DNA of 64,000 nucleotides, from assembly GCF_030028105.1 (NCBI RefSeq), contig NC_092388.1, positions 9,448,508 to 9,512,507 of the forward strand. Reading direction: 5' to 3'. Of this stretch, positions 22,152 to 34,322 are shown in pieces. Origin of the DNA: Mobula birostris (Eukaryota). The notes below the pieces were generated by a model. That model had not been told where the DNA came from. It searched no databases and saw nothing but the letters and a program-made list of their open reading frames with translations. Each line of letters starts with the position of its first letter. Position 1 is the first letter of the stretch. Both the position numbers and the translations under genes were made by a program.

Positions 22152-25100
22152 AATAAAACTTTAGAAGTAAATAATGGAAAAATATTTCTGTAAAGCTGCA
22201 TCACTTGCCAAGGCTGGTCATCAAACTGTCCACATCACTGAGAACTCCAAGCCCCAGCTACCCTCTCAGATGAATTCACCCATCATTTAAACATCAGAAA
22301 TGGGGTTAATAACACTGGCATAATTTATTGGCTGCAGTACAGTGAAATACATAATAAATTACAATAAATCAATTTTAAAAAATAAGCAGTGCAAAAAGAG
22401 AGGAAGAAAAAGTAGTAAGGTAGAGTTCAATGTTTTAGGAACAGCTTCTTTCCCTCTGTCATCAGATTTCTAAACAGACAATGAGCGGTTCATTGCCTAT
22501 TCAGAAATCTGATGGCAGAGGGGGAAAAAGCTGTTCCTAAAATCATTGAGAGTGCGTGTCTGCAGGTTCTTGTACCTTCTCCTTGATAGTAGTAATGAGC
22601 AGAGGGCATATCCTGGGTAATGGGGATCCTTGAGGATGGATGTCCCCTTTTTTGAGGCATGGCCCTTTGAAAACATCCTGAATGCTGGAGAGGCTAGTGA
22701 CCGTGATGGAGCTGGATGAGTTTGCAGCCCCCTGCAGTTTCTTCTGATCCTGTGCAGTGGTCTTTCCATAGCAGATGGTGTTGCAATCAGTTAGAATGCT
22801 CTCATAGTACATATTGTATGTAGAAATTTGCTAGAGTCTTTAGTGACACAACAAATCTCCCCAAACTCCTAAATCCTCCTTTAGTCTGATTCTAAACTGT
22901 AGCCACTCACTGGATGAATAGTTATTCACTGAGCTGTTAATCCTTACGGGTTTAACTAATTCACCAAAATTTAAGAGAACAAGTTTGGCTATAAATGTCA
23001 GAAAAAGAAATGAGTCATGGATTGGACTTAAACCATTTGGAAGAGTTTTTTGTATAAATGCTTTAGTTCTGATGTGTTTTGTGAAAGAAGTTTGGGTTGC
23101 TGCGTGATTCAACGGAGTCCTCAGATTCTTCCCTTTTGTTTAACAATGTTTACTCTCCATTTCGTAAACTGACCCCTCAGTGCTACCTAATCACTCCAGC
23201 TTGCTGATTTACCGGATTTTTTTTTGTTTGAGGATTGGAGCTCACCCAGTGATTGTGGGGAATAGTGGATGGAAATAAAGGCCAGGTGTGGATCAGAGAG
23301 AATGGTGGTTTTAAAACACACACAAAATGGAGGAACTCAGCAGGTCACGCAGCATCAGCGGAAATGAATAAACAGTCGACACTTTGGGCCAAGGCCCTTT
23401 CAGGACCCGTGAAGGGCCTCTGCCTGAAATGTCAACTGCTTATTCCTCTCCATAGATTCTGCTGAGTTGTTGTAGCATTTTGTGTGTTACTCTGGACTTC
23501 CAGCATCTGCAGAATTTCTTGTATTACTGGATATGGAAGGATGAAATAAATAAGTAAATAAATAATACAGAGAACGAGTTGTGGAGACCTTGAAAAGTGA
23601 GCCTGTAGGTTGTGGAATCAGTTTGGTGATGTGGAGAGTAAAGTTATCTATGCCAGCTCAGGAGCCTGATGTTTGTAGGATAATAACTGTTCCTGAACCT
23701 GGTGGTGTGGGACCTAAGGCTTCTGTACCTCCTGCCTGATGATAGCAGGGAGAAGAGAGCTTGGCCTGGATGGTGAGGGTCCTTGATGATGGATGCTATC
23801 ATTAGGACCACCCATTTCCAGCTCTGATCTTGCCTCATTTCAGATATAGTTGAATCCTTTATCCACACCTTCATAACCTTCGGGCTAAACTATTCCAACT
23901 CTCTCCAGCCTAGCCGTATTCATTCTGTTCTCTGTAAGCATGAACACATCCAGGACACGTGCAGGTTTAACTTGTATGAAGTCTCATTTACTCTGTGCTT
24001 GCTGCTCTCTTTTGGCTCTCTGTTAAACATTACTAAAATTTCATCAAATCCTTCTATTGCCTCACCCTGTAAATCTCTCGCCAATTTTTGTTTACTGTCT
24101 ATCTCTCCATGTTATATGAATTCCTCCAGTTTTGGTCAGAGAGTCATAAAATCAGAAAGAATTGCAGAGCAGAAACGGGTCCTCCAGCCCATCTAGCCCA
24201 TGCCAACTTTCTCTTCTGCCTAGTCCCATCTACCTCCACACGGACAATACTCCTCCTGTCCATGTAGCTATACAAATGAACCCGCATCTGCCATTTCCAC
24301 TGGAAGCTCAGTCCACATTTACACCCGTCTCTGAGTGAAGAAGTTCCTGTTCAGATTCTCCTTGAGTAAGGATTTTTGAATTCACTGATGATGTGACGAT
24401 TTTGTATTTTCTTTCTGGCAACTGCCGAGTATGGTTACCTAAGTAATGAAGTCAGTGGCAACTTTGGTTTGTGTGAAATTGCCTTGCTACTGGATAGCAG
24501 CTTTGACTTCAGCAATCTGATTTTTCCTGACTTGGGTTTTGTATTAGTTTTAGTTATAAGTACCAGTTATTTTAAAGATTTCTTTTAAATACATAAATTA
24601 TTCAGGTGAAAATAGCATTGTGACACAGGATGCCTGGAATCAAAAATTGTATGTACAATTAATAAAATACTTTTCATACTTGGTTTTGTTATTGTTCTTC
24701 ACTTTCCAAAATAAACAATATCTTTATTTTATTTAGAGATACAGCACGGTAACAGGCCCTTCCAGTTCAATGAGCTCTCACCACCCAAATACACTTAAGT
24801 AGCCAGCTAAAGTTCTAACCTATAAGCCTTTGAGATGTGAAAGGAAAGCAGAGTCTTGGGAGGAAACCCTTGTGGGCTTGGGGAGAACGTACAAACTCCA
24901 AACAGATTGCAGTGGAAATTGAACCTGGGTCACTGGCACCGTAAAGCAATTGTGTTAACAGCTACATCTCAGCTTACCGACTTGCTGTAACATTTTGGTA
25001 TGTTTGAATCAGTAAATAACCACCGCCAAAATCACATCTTGACTTAGTTGTAACTAAAGAGGGACCAGTGGGTGGGGGGTGTTGGTGGTGAACCTCTGGA

Positions 25101-27634
25101 AATGCAGAATGCCATGAATGTTGAAAGATGTTTGGGTGAGGATATTCCCTTCATCAAGAATTTGTGACTAAACTAAAACTGAGCCATACAAGAGCTATAA
25201 CTGGGGAAAAATTTAAGAGTAACACACAAAAAGCTGGAGAAACTCAGCAGATCAGGCAGCATCTCTGGAAAGGAATAAAGAATTGACATTTCAGTCCTGG
25301 ACCCTTCATCAGAAGCAAGAAAGCTGGCTTCTTCCCCCTTCATTTCTAGTCTTCATGATGAGTCTGTCTGAAATGTCAACTGTTTATTCCATAGGTATCG
25401 CCTGACCTGCTGAGCTCCTCTGGCATTTTGTGTGTGTTACCTTGAACTTGCAGCATCAGCAGACTCTCTTGTGTTTGATTTACTGAGAAATACAGTATAT
25501 AAGTTCTTATTCGCACAGCAAACCTTCATGAGAAAGAGTCCAAGACAATTTTTACTCTCCTGATGCAATTTTTTTTAATAAGTATTCAACACACATTTAA
25601 CATTAAATAATTAACTGCAGTTTCAATTACTATGCTTCCCTACTTAACTTGAATATAATCAGGTAGATTTGCATAATTACATATTTATAATGGTAACACA
25701 TCCCATCTAGCAGAACCTCTTTGAATATTCAATACTGGTGTCTGTTCCAACAACCAGACACCCAAAATATACCTCTTTGTAACAGTGAGGAATGGCTCCA
25801 TGAATAAGCATCTAACTAGAAGGTGCAGTGATTTAAAAACAGACCTGTCCTGAACTGGAACTTTTTCAATGTGCCAGTAACAGCAACATTTGTCTATTAA
25901 CTTCCCCTATGTCCAATGTAAATCTATTATCATAGTATGCCATGTCACCATATACAACACTGTGATTCATTTTCTTGTGGGTATTCACAGAAGAAAGAAA
26001 TGCAATAGAGTCAATGAAAAACTACACACAAACACTGATGAGTAACGGATGTGTAAAGGAAGATGCAGTGCTGTTGTACTGTACCAATTTAAAAAACCAC
26101 AAATAATAATACTGAGAACATGAGTTGTAGAGTCCTTGAGAGTGAGTCCATAGGCTGTGGAATCCGTTCAGTATTGAGGTGAGTAAACTTGTCCACACTG
26201 GTTCCAGAGCCTGAAGGTTGAAGAGTAATGACTAGTTTCAGTAAGACATAATCTCATTGTTAAATTGTGTACAGGTTTTATTTCTTGACTGATTATAACA
26301 ATTATAAGAAGTTTAAAGGTTAACGGATGAATTTGGAATAAAATGTGCGTAAATTCCTAAAGACCGGCATGTAAACAGCATTATAAACAGTGGTTTAAAG
26401 TGTTTACAGTGCAGTGACTGGGTAATAGATAGAGGGGGTGGGGTGGCTAACGAGAATGGTTGATCAGATTAACTGTCTGGGGGAAGAAACAAAGTCCATT
26501 TTTGGTATAAAATAATCAAAGTGATCATAGTGTTGCTCAGCTAGTTATTAAGGTTTTGCCGGTTGGTTTAATAACCAGATGATTGAAGTGAAGTAACTGT
26601 TCTTGAATCCGATAGTGAAGGACTTCAGGCTTCTGTACCTCCTGCCCAATGGTAGCTGTGAGAAGATGGCATAGCCTGGATGGTGGGTATTTTTTGATGA
26701 CAGTTATTGTCACCTTGAGGCAGTGCCTCCTCTAGAAACAACCAGCGGTGGAGAACGCTGTACCCATGCCTATCATGAACTACTCCCTACAACTTCCTAT
26801 GATTCTGTATTGCCCAACCAGACCATGATGTAACCAGTTAGGATATGTTCGACAGTACATCTGTGGAAGTTTGTTACTTGGTGACAAGCCAAACCTTCTT
26901 AACTTTCCATGAAAGCAAAGACACGGATGTGCCTTTGTTATGATTCTATCCGTGTGCTGGGCCCAGAACCGATCATTCAATATGTAAACGCCCAGGAACT
27001 TAAAGCTGCCAATACTCTCCACCCCCAACCCTCCAACGTAGGCTCTGCATGTCCCCCCCCCCCCCTTCCCCTTCCTGAAGTCAACAATTGGTTTTGCAGA
27101 TGTTGTGTGAGAGGTTGCTACAACACCATTGAGTCAGGGCATATTATCCTGCTCCAGTAAGCAGACTCACCGCCACCAGTGATTCATCCAACAACAGGGG
27201 AGGGGGTTGATTTAGTGGCAACAGGCCTATTGGTTTTAAGGAATGTAATAGGATAATGCTGAAAGCATTGGCCATAAGACAAAGGAAGCACAGGTTTCCA
27301 GCAGATGGGCAGTTATTAATATTATAATACTGAATTAAATGATACTACACTTCTAGCAAGAAACCAGACTCAAAGGAAAAGGATTTTAGTGTTATAAGAC
27401 ATAGGAGAAGAATTCAGCCATTCAGCCCATTGTGTCTGCATTATGGCTGACCTACAAATGTTCGTATTTTTCCTCTGAACTCCAGACTTCTCTCCGTGAC
27501 CTTGCACGCCCTGACTAATCAAGAACCAATTTGCTTTAAATCTGTCTTAAATACACCTAATGACTTGGTTTCCACAGCTGCCTGTGGTACCAGATTCACC
27601 AACCTCTGGCTAAAGAAATTCCTCCTTATCTCTG

Positions 27635-28258
27635 CAGGAGGAGAGATAGCAGCACGCCGCGTGTGCACAGCCCTCCAGTGAAAAATGATATCGTATCCGT
27701 TAAATAGGGGCCGTGGACAATTCTGATCTGATGGAGACAGACGTGAAAGCACAGAGGAACATCTGGAGAAATTTCTGAAACGCCAGTTCGCTGCTGTTGT
27801 TACTGCGTGATCTGGAATCTTCCGGAGGGAAGGCCTCAAAATCCCTGGCTTTGCCTGCTGTTGGCAACCGAGATTGAGGTCGAATCGTTCGGATAGAGAT
27901 GGCGCTCAGTACCCGGTGTTGGAGAGCTGATCAGAGGCTCGAAGTTTTTCGGATGACTCAGAGTCGGACTGTGATCGGGCATGGCAGGGAGAGTTCTTCT
28001 TCCTTCTCCCGTCTGCGTGAGATGTGGGACATTTGAGAGACTTTGAACTTTTTACTGTGCTCATGGACTTCTTCATCAAGTTATGGTATTGTTGCACTGT
28101 TGTAAATATATGTTATAATTATGTGGTTTTGTTAGTTTTTTCAGTCTTGATCTGTCCTGTGTTTTGTGATATCACACCGGAGAAAATATTGTATCATTTC
28201 TTAAGGCATGCATTACTAAATGACAATAAAAGAGGACTGTGTGTCTTCATATTCTAAA
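27635..28258 (+). mobile_element. Full-length ~620-bp non-autonomous retroposon (subfamily A) inserted in a CR1 fragment
   Basis: Splits a CR1 3' region at atctctg|ttctaaatgg. Ends aatgacaataaaagaggactg...cttcatattctaa. Homologous to 4724-5150, 55277-55931 and 61150-61834. Confidence 0.8.
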
Positions 28259-30011
28259 CTTCTAAATGGTCGTTCCTCTATTCTGAGGCTGTGCCCTCTG
28301 GTCCTAGACTCCTGCTCTATAGGAAACATCTTGGTAAAAGGAATGAAAGTGTAGACTATTTTCTAAATGACTCATAACCAGATTTGATCGAGGTACTTCA
28401 GTGCAGAACTGGCTCTGTACGCTGTGGCCTGCAATCTGACTGTCTCAGTGGCTATGGCTGCTGGACTGTTTCAGAGGCTCTGAGGTTTGATGTTTCATGT
28501 TCGGTGTGTTATTTGCTCACTTTTTTTCTGTTTGCATGATTTGTTATTTTTTGGCGTGAGTTGGGTGTTTGATGGTCTTTGTTTAAAGAGGTGCTATGCT
28601 GTTTCTTTGTTTCAAGCTGCAGTTGCCTGCAGGAAGATGAATCTCAGGGTCCTATACTGTATACATACTTTGATAATAAATGTACTGTGAAACTTTGAAA
28701 GTATCCAGTTTATGAATTAATGATTCTTCGCCCAAACAATGGATTGTGGCGATGTCACAAGCAGTCACAAGGAGTGGAAGTTTTTTTGCTTTGACATTGT
28801 GCAGAGTTTGCAAGCAGTGGATTTTTTTTTACATATCTCTTTCCGTGCTTTAGGACTCTTAAGGTCCCAGAGGAAGTCACCATAACAAGTACTTAATTCA
28901 TCTTTAAAAACCATGGAATTTATAATTTTTCTTGGTTAATGATTTCTGCAATTACCAGTCTAGACTGAGTTCATCATCGCTATTGAGTCAGTTAATCTGA
29001 TCTGGGTTGTGTTCAATTGTGAAGCTTCTGAAGCCAAATAGACAACTAATGATTAGAAAAACATGCAGCATCTGCAGAATCTCTTGTGTATCTGCTTATT
29101 CGAATACTTTTGTTTTGAATGAGCTATCAAGGGGATCCTGCCTCTGTGAAATTTTCTTACTAGCACGGTCAGTACTGTTGAAGATCTGAATTGTTCAAGT
29201 TTATTGTCATTCAACCATACAGATGTGTACAGCTAAATGAAACAATGTTCCTTTGGGACCAAGGTGCAAAACACAGTGTGTATACAAGTAACATAAAGCG
29301 CATTATATGACATGTAGCTAAATTTACAAAGTATTATGAAAGTGGCATTGTCATAAATAATGTGTACAGGGTGGTAGGGTGTTCAGAAGTTTCACAACTT
29401 GGGGGAAGAAGGTACATGAAGAATTGTATCAATAATAGTGTTGGCTTCAGCATTTCTTGTATGCTTATTCACATTTGAGTTCTAGAGTAGGAAGGAGATC
29501 ACAATTGCCTAAAATCTCAAGCCTGATTCTTTGGACCTTTAATATTGCAATTATGAAAATCATTTTCTGTGAACACTATATAAGAACATAAAACGGTGCA
29601 TCACAGTAACAGGCTTTTCAGCCCATGGTGTTGTACAGACCTATGTAAACCTACTCCATGATCAATCTAACCCTTCCTCCTACACTGTCCGTATTCCTTG
29701 TTGGCAACAGGTTTTCAGAGATGATTTCCAGAATACATGGAATTTGTTCAGCATTCCCCTGCTGTCCCTCATCTTCCTTTTACACCCTCTCTGTAGTCAG
29801 TTCCTTCATAACATCGAACTATTTTGCAAGTATCATTACTGCTACAGCAGCACACAATTTGCACGCTGCTAACCCGACAAGCAGCAAATTGCAGTTGAAC
29901 ACAGAAGAGTAAAACCATCAAATTTATCCCTCACATAAACTGTCCTCTACTCAAATTCCAAACCTTCCTCCCTCCCTAAATATGATATTACACTATACCT
30001 TTAAAGGGCAT

Positions 30012-30234
30012 GTGGCCAAGTGGTTAAGGCGTTCGTCTAGTGATCTGAAGGTCGCTGGTTCAAGCCTCAGCTGTGGCAGTGTGTTTGTGTCCTTGAGCAA
30101 GGCACTTAACCACACATTGCTCTAGTGTCTGTGCGAGGAGTGGCACCCCACACAGACTTCCAATCTGTGCCTTGTAAGGCATGAAAATGCCCGACACAGG
30201 CCTCTCATGGCCTGAGTCGACGTTCCCTCCCCTC
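30012..30234 (+). mobile_element. tRNA-derived SINE (second family)
   Basis: A box tggccaagtgg, B box ggttcaagcc, core tgtgtccttgagcaaggcacttaaccac. 14-bp TSD cctttaaagggcat at 29998-30011 and 30235-30248. Confidence 0.85.
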
Positions 30235-30249
30235 CCTTTAAAGGGCATC

Positions 30250-30639
30250 AGCACCGTCATTATGTGTCATGTTATACAATGTAGGTGACCATGATCTTTC
30301 CATGACCATGATTGTTTTGGTAAATTGTTCTATGGAAGTGGTTTGACATTGCCTTCTTCTGGGCAGTGTCTTTAGAAGACGGGTGACCCCAGACATTACT
30401 GACACTCTTCAGAGATTGTCTGCCTGGCGTCAGTGATCACATAACCAGGACTTGTGATACACACCAGCTGCTCATATGACCATCCACCACCTGCTCCCTT
30501 GGCTTCACATGACCCTGACTGGAAGCTAAGCAAGTGTTACACCTTCCCCAAGGGTGACCTGCAGGTGAGTGGAGGGAAGAAATGCATTACACCGCCTTCA
30601 ATAGAGACATACTTTATCTCAACCGTACCTTCCAGAGAA
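30250..30639 (-). mobile_element. RTE-dependent SINE-like element
   Basis: Contains gaagaaggcaatgtcaaaccacttc, resembling the RTE/BovB-type motif gaagggaatggcaaaccactcc. Second copy at 53405-53980(+). Flanked by cctttaaagggcatc at 30235-30249 and 30640-30654. Confidence 0.65.
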
Positions 30640-33600
30640 CCTTTAAAGGGCATCTTTCCATGAACCTCATTGAGCTACTTTTTGACATTGAAGTTGCTAT
30701 TACAAATGCTGTAGTTCCATGCATACTTGCTTGAGTTGCCTAGTGGCTTATGATTGCATGTATTATTCGTGAGGGTGATATTTGAATGGTAAAAGGTAGC
30801 TCTCATCATTAATGCTCAGCTGAAGCTCACACGGTACTGTTGACTAGTGGTTGGTGTAATGCTTTATAATGCCAGTGATCAGCGATTGGAGTTCAGTTCC
30901 CACCCCTCCGCAAGGAGTTTGTACATTCTCCCCAACCGTGTGTGTTTACTCTGGGTGATCTGGTTTCCTCCCACATTCCAAAGGCATACAGGTTAGTGTT
31001 AGTAAGTTGTGGGCATGCTTTGTTGGGGCTGGAAACACAGTGACACTTGCAGGCTGCTCCTGCACAAATTTGGATGCTGTTGGTCATTGACATGGGGGGA
31101 ATGATACAAACACTTCAGACAAAGTGCAAAAACAGATCTACCGAATGCTTCTTGGAATGTGGGTATTTTGTTACATAGAGGGACAGGGGAGGCTGGTATA
31201 GCTCTCAATAAAACAGATGGGATTTGCAAGGTCATCTGACTGTGGTATTTATAATAATGAAGGGGGGAGGTACCCAGATCTGGATACAGAGCACATTGCT
31301 GCTGAACCAATGTTCAATAAATACAGACCACAACTTTCTTGCTTTTGTAACTCCTTGACGTTTTGTAAAGCCCAGGATCCTGTCTGCTTTCTGAACCCCT
31401 TTCACAACCAGTCCATCTGTTCTTCACTAACTCTGCTCGTATACTTCTAGATGCCAATCATTTGGGGGGGGGGGTCAAAACTTGTGCATTGAGTTGCTGC
31501 CCCATGATTGCCTGATTAGAGCAGATGTATTTAATAAAGTGGCCACTGAGTGCAAACGATTATTTCTATTGTTCTCTACATAGTAGTTTGAGTGAATTTA
31601 TTTTTATGAGTGCACGTATTGATCACCTGTAGCTATTCAGTTTCTCAACAAAGCTTTCTCAGGTGTAATACCTTAATTGTCCCTGCAGCATCTGTTACCT
31701 AGTCTTTCCTGGTCTCCTTGTTCTGTTGATAATTATTGAGTCTGTTCATATGTTCACATTTATAGAAGTTTGATTATTGACCTTTGTGCATGTGACCATC
31801 CTGCTAATTGTTGATTGCTCACATCTATTATCTTGTAAATTGTTGGTTGCTATTGTGTTGTCTGTTATGGTATTGTCCTGTGTTTTATGCCTGGCATCGG
31901 ACCACAATCAATTCTGGCATGTTTTGCATACTGGCAATATATTGATTCTGACTATTTGTGAGGGTAATATTTGAACAGTGAAAGATAACTCTCATCATTA
32001 ATGCTTGGCTAAAGCACGCACGGCATGGTAGTGTAGCAGTTATTCTAATGCCTTACAGCACCAATGAATAGTAATTAGGGATTAATTCCCACTGCTGTCT
32101 GTAAGGAGTTTGTATATTTTCCCAGTGATCACGTGGGTTTCCTCTGGGTGCTCTGGTTTCCTCCCACATGTCAAAGATGACAGGTTAGGGTTAGTAAGTT
32201 GTGGGCACACTATGTTGGTGTCTCAATCATGGTGACACTTGCAGGCTGCCCCCAGTACCTATTCGGATTGTGTTGGTCATTGACGTCATTGTACCATGTG
32301 GTGGAAATCATGCCAATCCTTGAGACAGATTTGCTGAATGATTCTCAAAATGTGGGAATTTTGTTACATAGTGGGACAGGAGAGGCTGGTATTTCTCTCT
32401 ATAGAACAGAGGGGATTTGCAAGGTCATCTGATAGCTGTATTTATAATCATAAAGGTAAGAGTAGGAAGGTAGACATTATCTGCTGGAGGAGGTCACAAA
32501 TGTGGGGACATTGAATGAAGGCAACTGTCAAGAGAACCCAAAGTGGTGAGAAATATTTTTTCACTATTGGTAGATTGTTCTTGTACTCATTGGAGATGTG
32601 CTTAGACTGAATAATCTCCTCCCATGCACCAACCATTCTGTGATTCTAATTAAGTGGTTTTTCACTGCCAAATTCAGGGTTGTTTTTTTTCAGTCAGAAC
32701 ATTCAAGGTTTATGAGAGATATTCAGAGAAGACAAAAGTATATTCGTTCCTTGGGATTGATGGCAAGTTGCAAATATAATCAAAGGTTTCATAGCATTGA
32801 ATATGATCTGTTGTAATTTACACAAGACATTTGATGCCTGAGAGCAAATTATTGCCTTGAATTTACTCCGGGATCTTCTATTATGTTTAATACAATTATA
32901 ATACTGAGAGTTAATATTGTGTTTTTGTTCTATTTTGACAGACCATATCCACTGAAGACTGCACCGAATGCAACAATCCCAAATAATAATGGCTTGAGGC
33001 CACCCCTAATGGAGAGATGTAATTACAGCACAAAGTATTCAATTTTCCTTTATTATTCCAATGTACTTACAGTATGTATGGCATGATCTGCCTGGATGGT
33101 ATGCAAAAATCTTTTTCGCTGTACCTTTGTACATCAAAAGTCAAAGTAAATTTTATAATCAAAGTACATATTTGTCACCATATACAACCCTGATATTCAT
33201 TTTCTTGTGGGAATACTCAATAAATCTATCGAATAATAACCATAACAGAATCAATGAAAGTCCGCCCAACTAGGGCATTTGGCCAGAGTGCAGTAGACAA
33301 CAAACTGTGCAAGTACAAAAACAAGAAATAATAAACAACTAAATAAATAAGCAATAAATATTGAGAACATGAGATGAAGAGTCCTTGAGAGTGAGTCCAT
33401 TGGTTGTGGGAACATTTCAATGATGGGGCAAGTGAAGTTGAGTGTAAGTTATCTCCTCTGGTTCAAGAGCCTGATGGTTGAGTGGTAATAACTGTTCCTG
33501 AACCTGGTGGTGTGAGTCCTGAGGCTCTTGTACCATCTTGTGACAAAACCCATATTGTACCCTTCAAGACCTTCCATTTAAACTATAGATTTTTAATGGG

Positions 33601-33657
33601 AAATTATAAGAATATGAAGAACATGTAACACTAAAATAGAATCTTAATTGCAACTTG

Positions 33658-34060
33658 CACTCCTCAGTAGGCTCTTTATTAAATACACTGGCTCATTACT
33701 GCAAATATTTAATCAACTAATCACGTGGCAGCAATTCAATGTATAAAAGCATGCAGAAATGGTTGTTCAGACCAAACACCAGAATGGGGAAGAAATGTGA
33801 TCTAAGTGACTTTGACCGTGGAATAATTGTTGGTGCCAGATGGAGTGGTTTCAGTATCTCAGAAACTGCTGTTCTCCTGAGATTTGCATATGCAATAGTC
33901 TCTACTGTTCAAAGAGAATAGTGTTAAAAACAAACAAAAAAAATCTGTTGAGTGGCAGTTGTGTGTGTGAAGACAGCTTGGTAATAAAGAGGTCAGAGGA
34001 GAATGGCCAGACTGGTTCAGGCTGACAGGAAGGGCAACAATTACACAAATAACTACATGT
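33658..34060 (+). mobile_element. Tc1-like transposon left end with transposase N-terminus
   Basis: Translates MGKKCDLSDFDRGIIVGARWSGFSISETA (Tc1 HTH domain), preceded by a degenerate cactcagtggccactttattagg-type TIR. An isolated right TIR-like taataaagtggccactgagtg occurs at ~31532-31552. Confidence 0.75.
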
Positions 34061-34322
34061 TAAGTAAGTCTGAGCGCACTAACCCGACCCCTCTCTCCTG
34101 GGCCGCTGTATACACATGACAATGTGGCTTGAGGCCCTAGTACTTGCTATGACCGAGGCCACGAGGGTACCCCACCATCCACCCTTGCTGACCGCCCATA
34201 AATCAGTGAATTGGACTTGCAACATTCCTCGTTAACAATGTCCAACAGGGTCCTGCGATCACAAGGGAAGTGACTAAGATGATCACTCACTGATAGACTG
34301 CAGTGATGTGTCATACTGCAAT

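Noticed and set aside
30012-30085. tRNA gene
   Set aside because: The A/B boxes continue into a SINE core and tail flanked by a TSD; no complete cloverleaf.
30999-31310. Duplicated coding exon (QMTLQIPSV...IPASPVPLCNKIPTF) shared with ~32330-32450
   Set aside because: Substitutions are spread about evenly over codon positions, the second copy has stops, and I recognise no protein.
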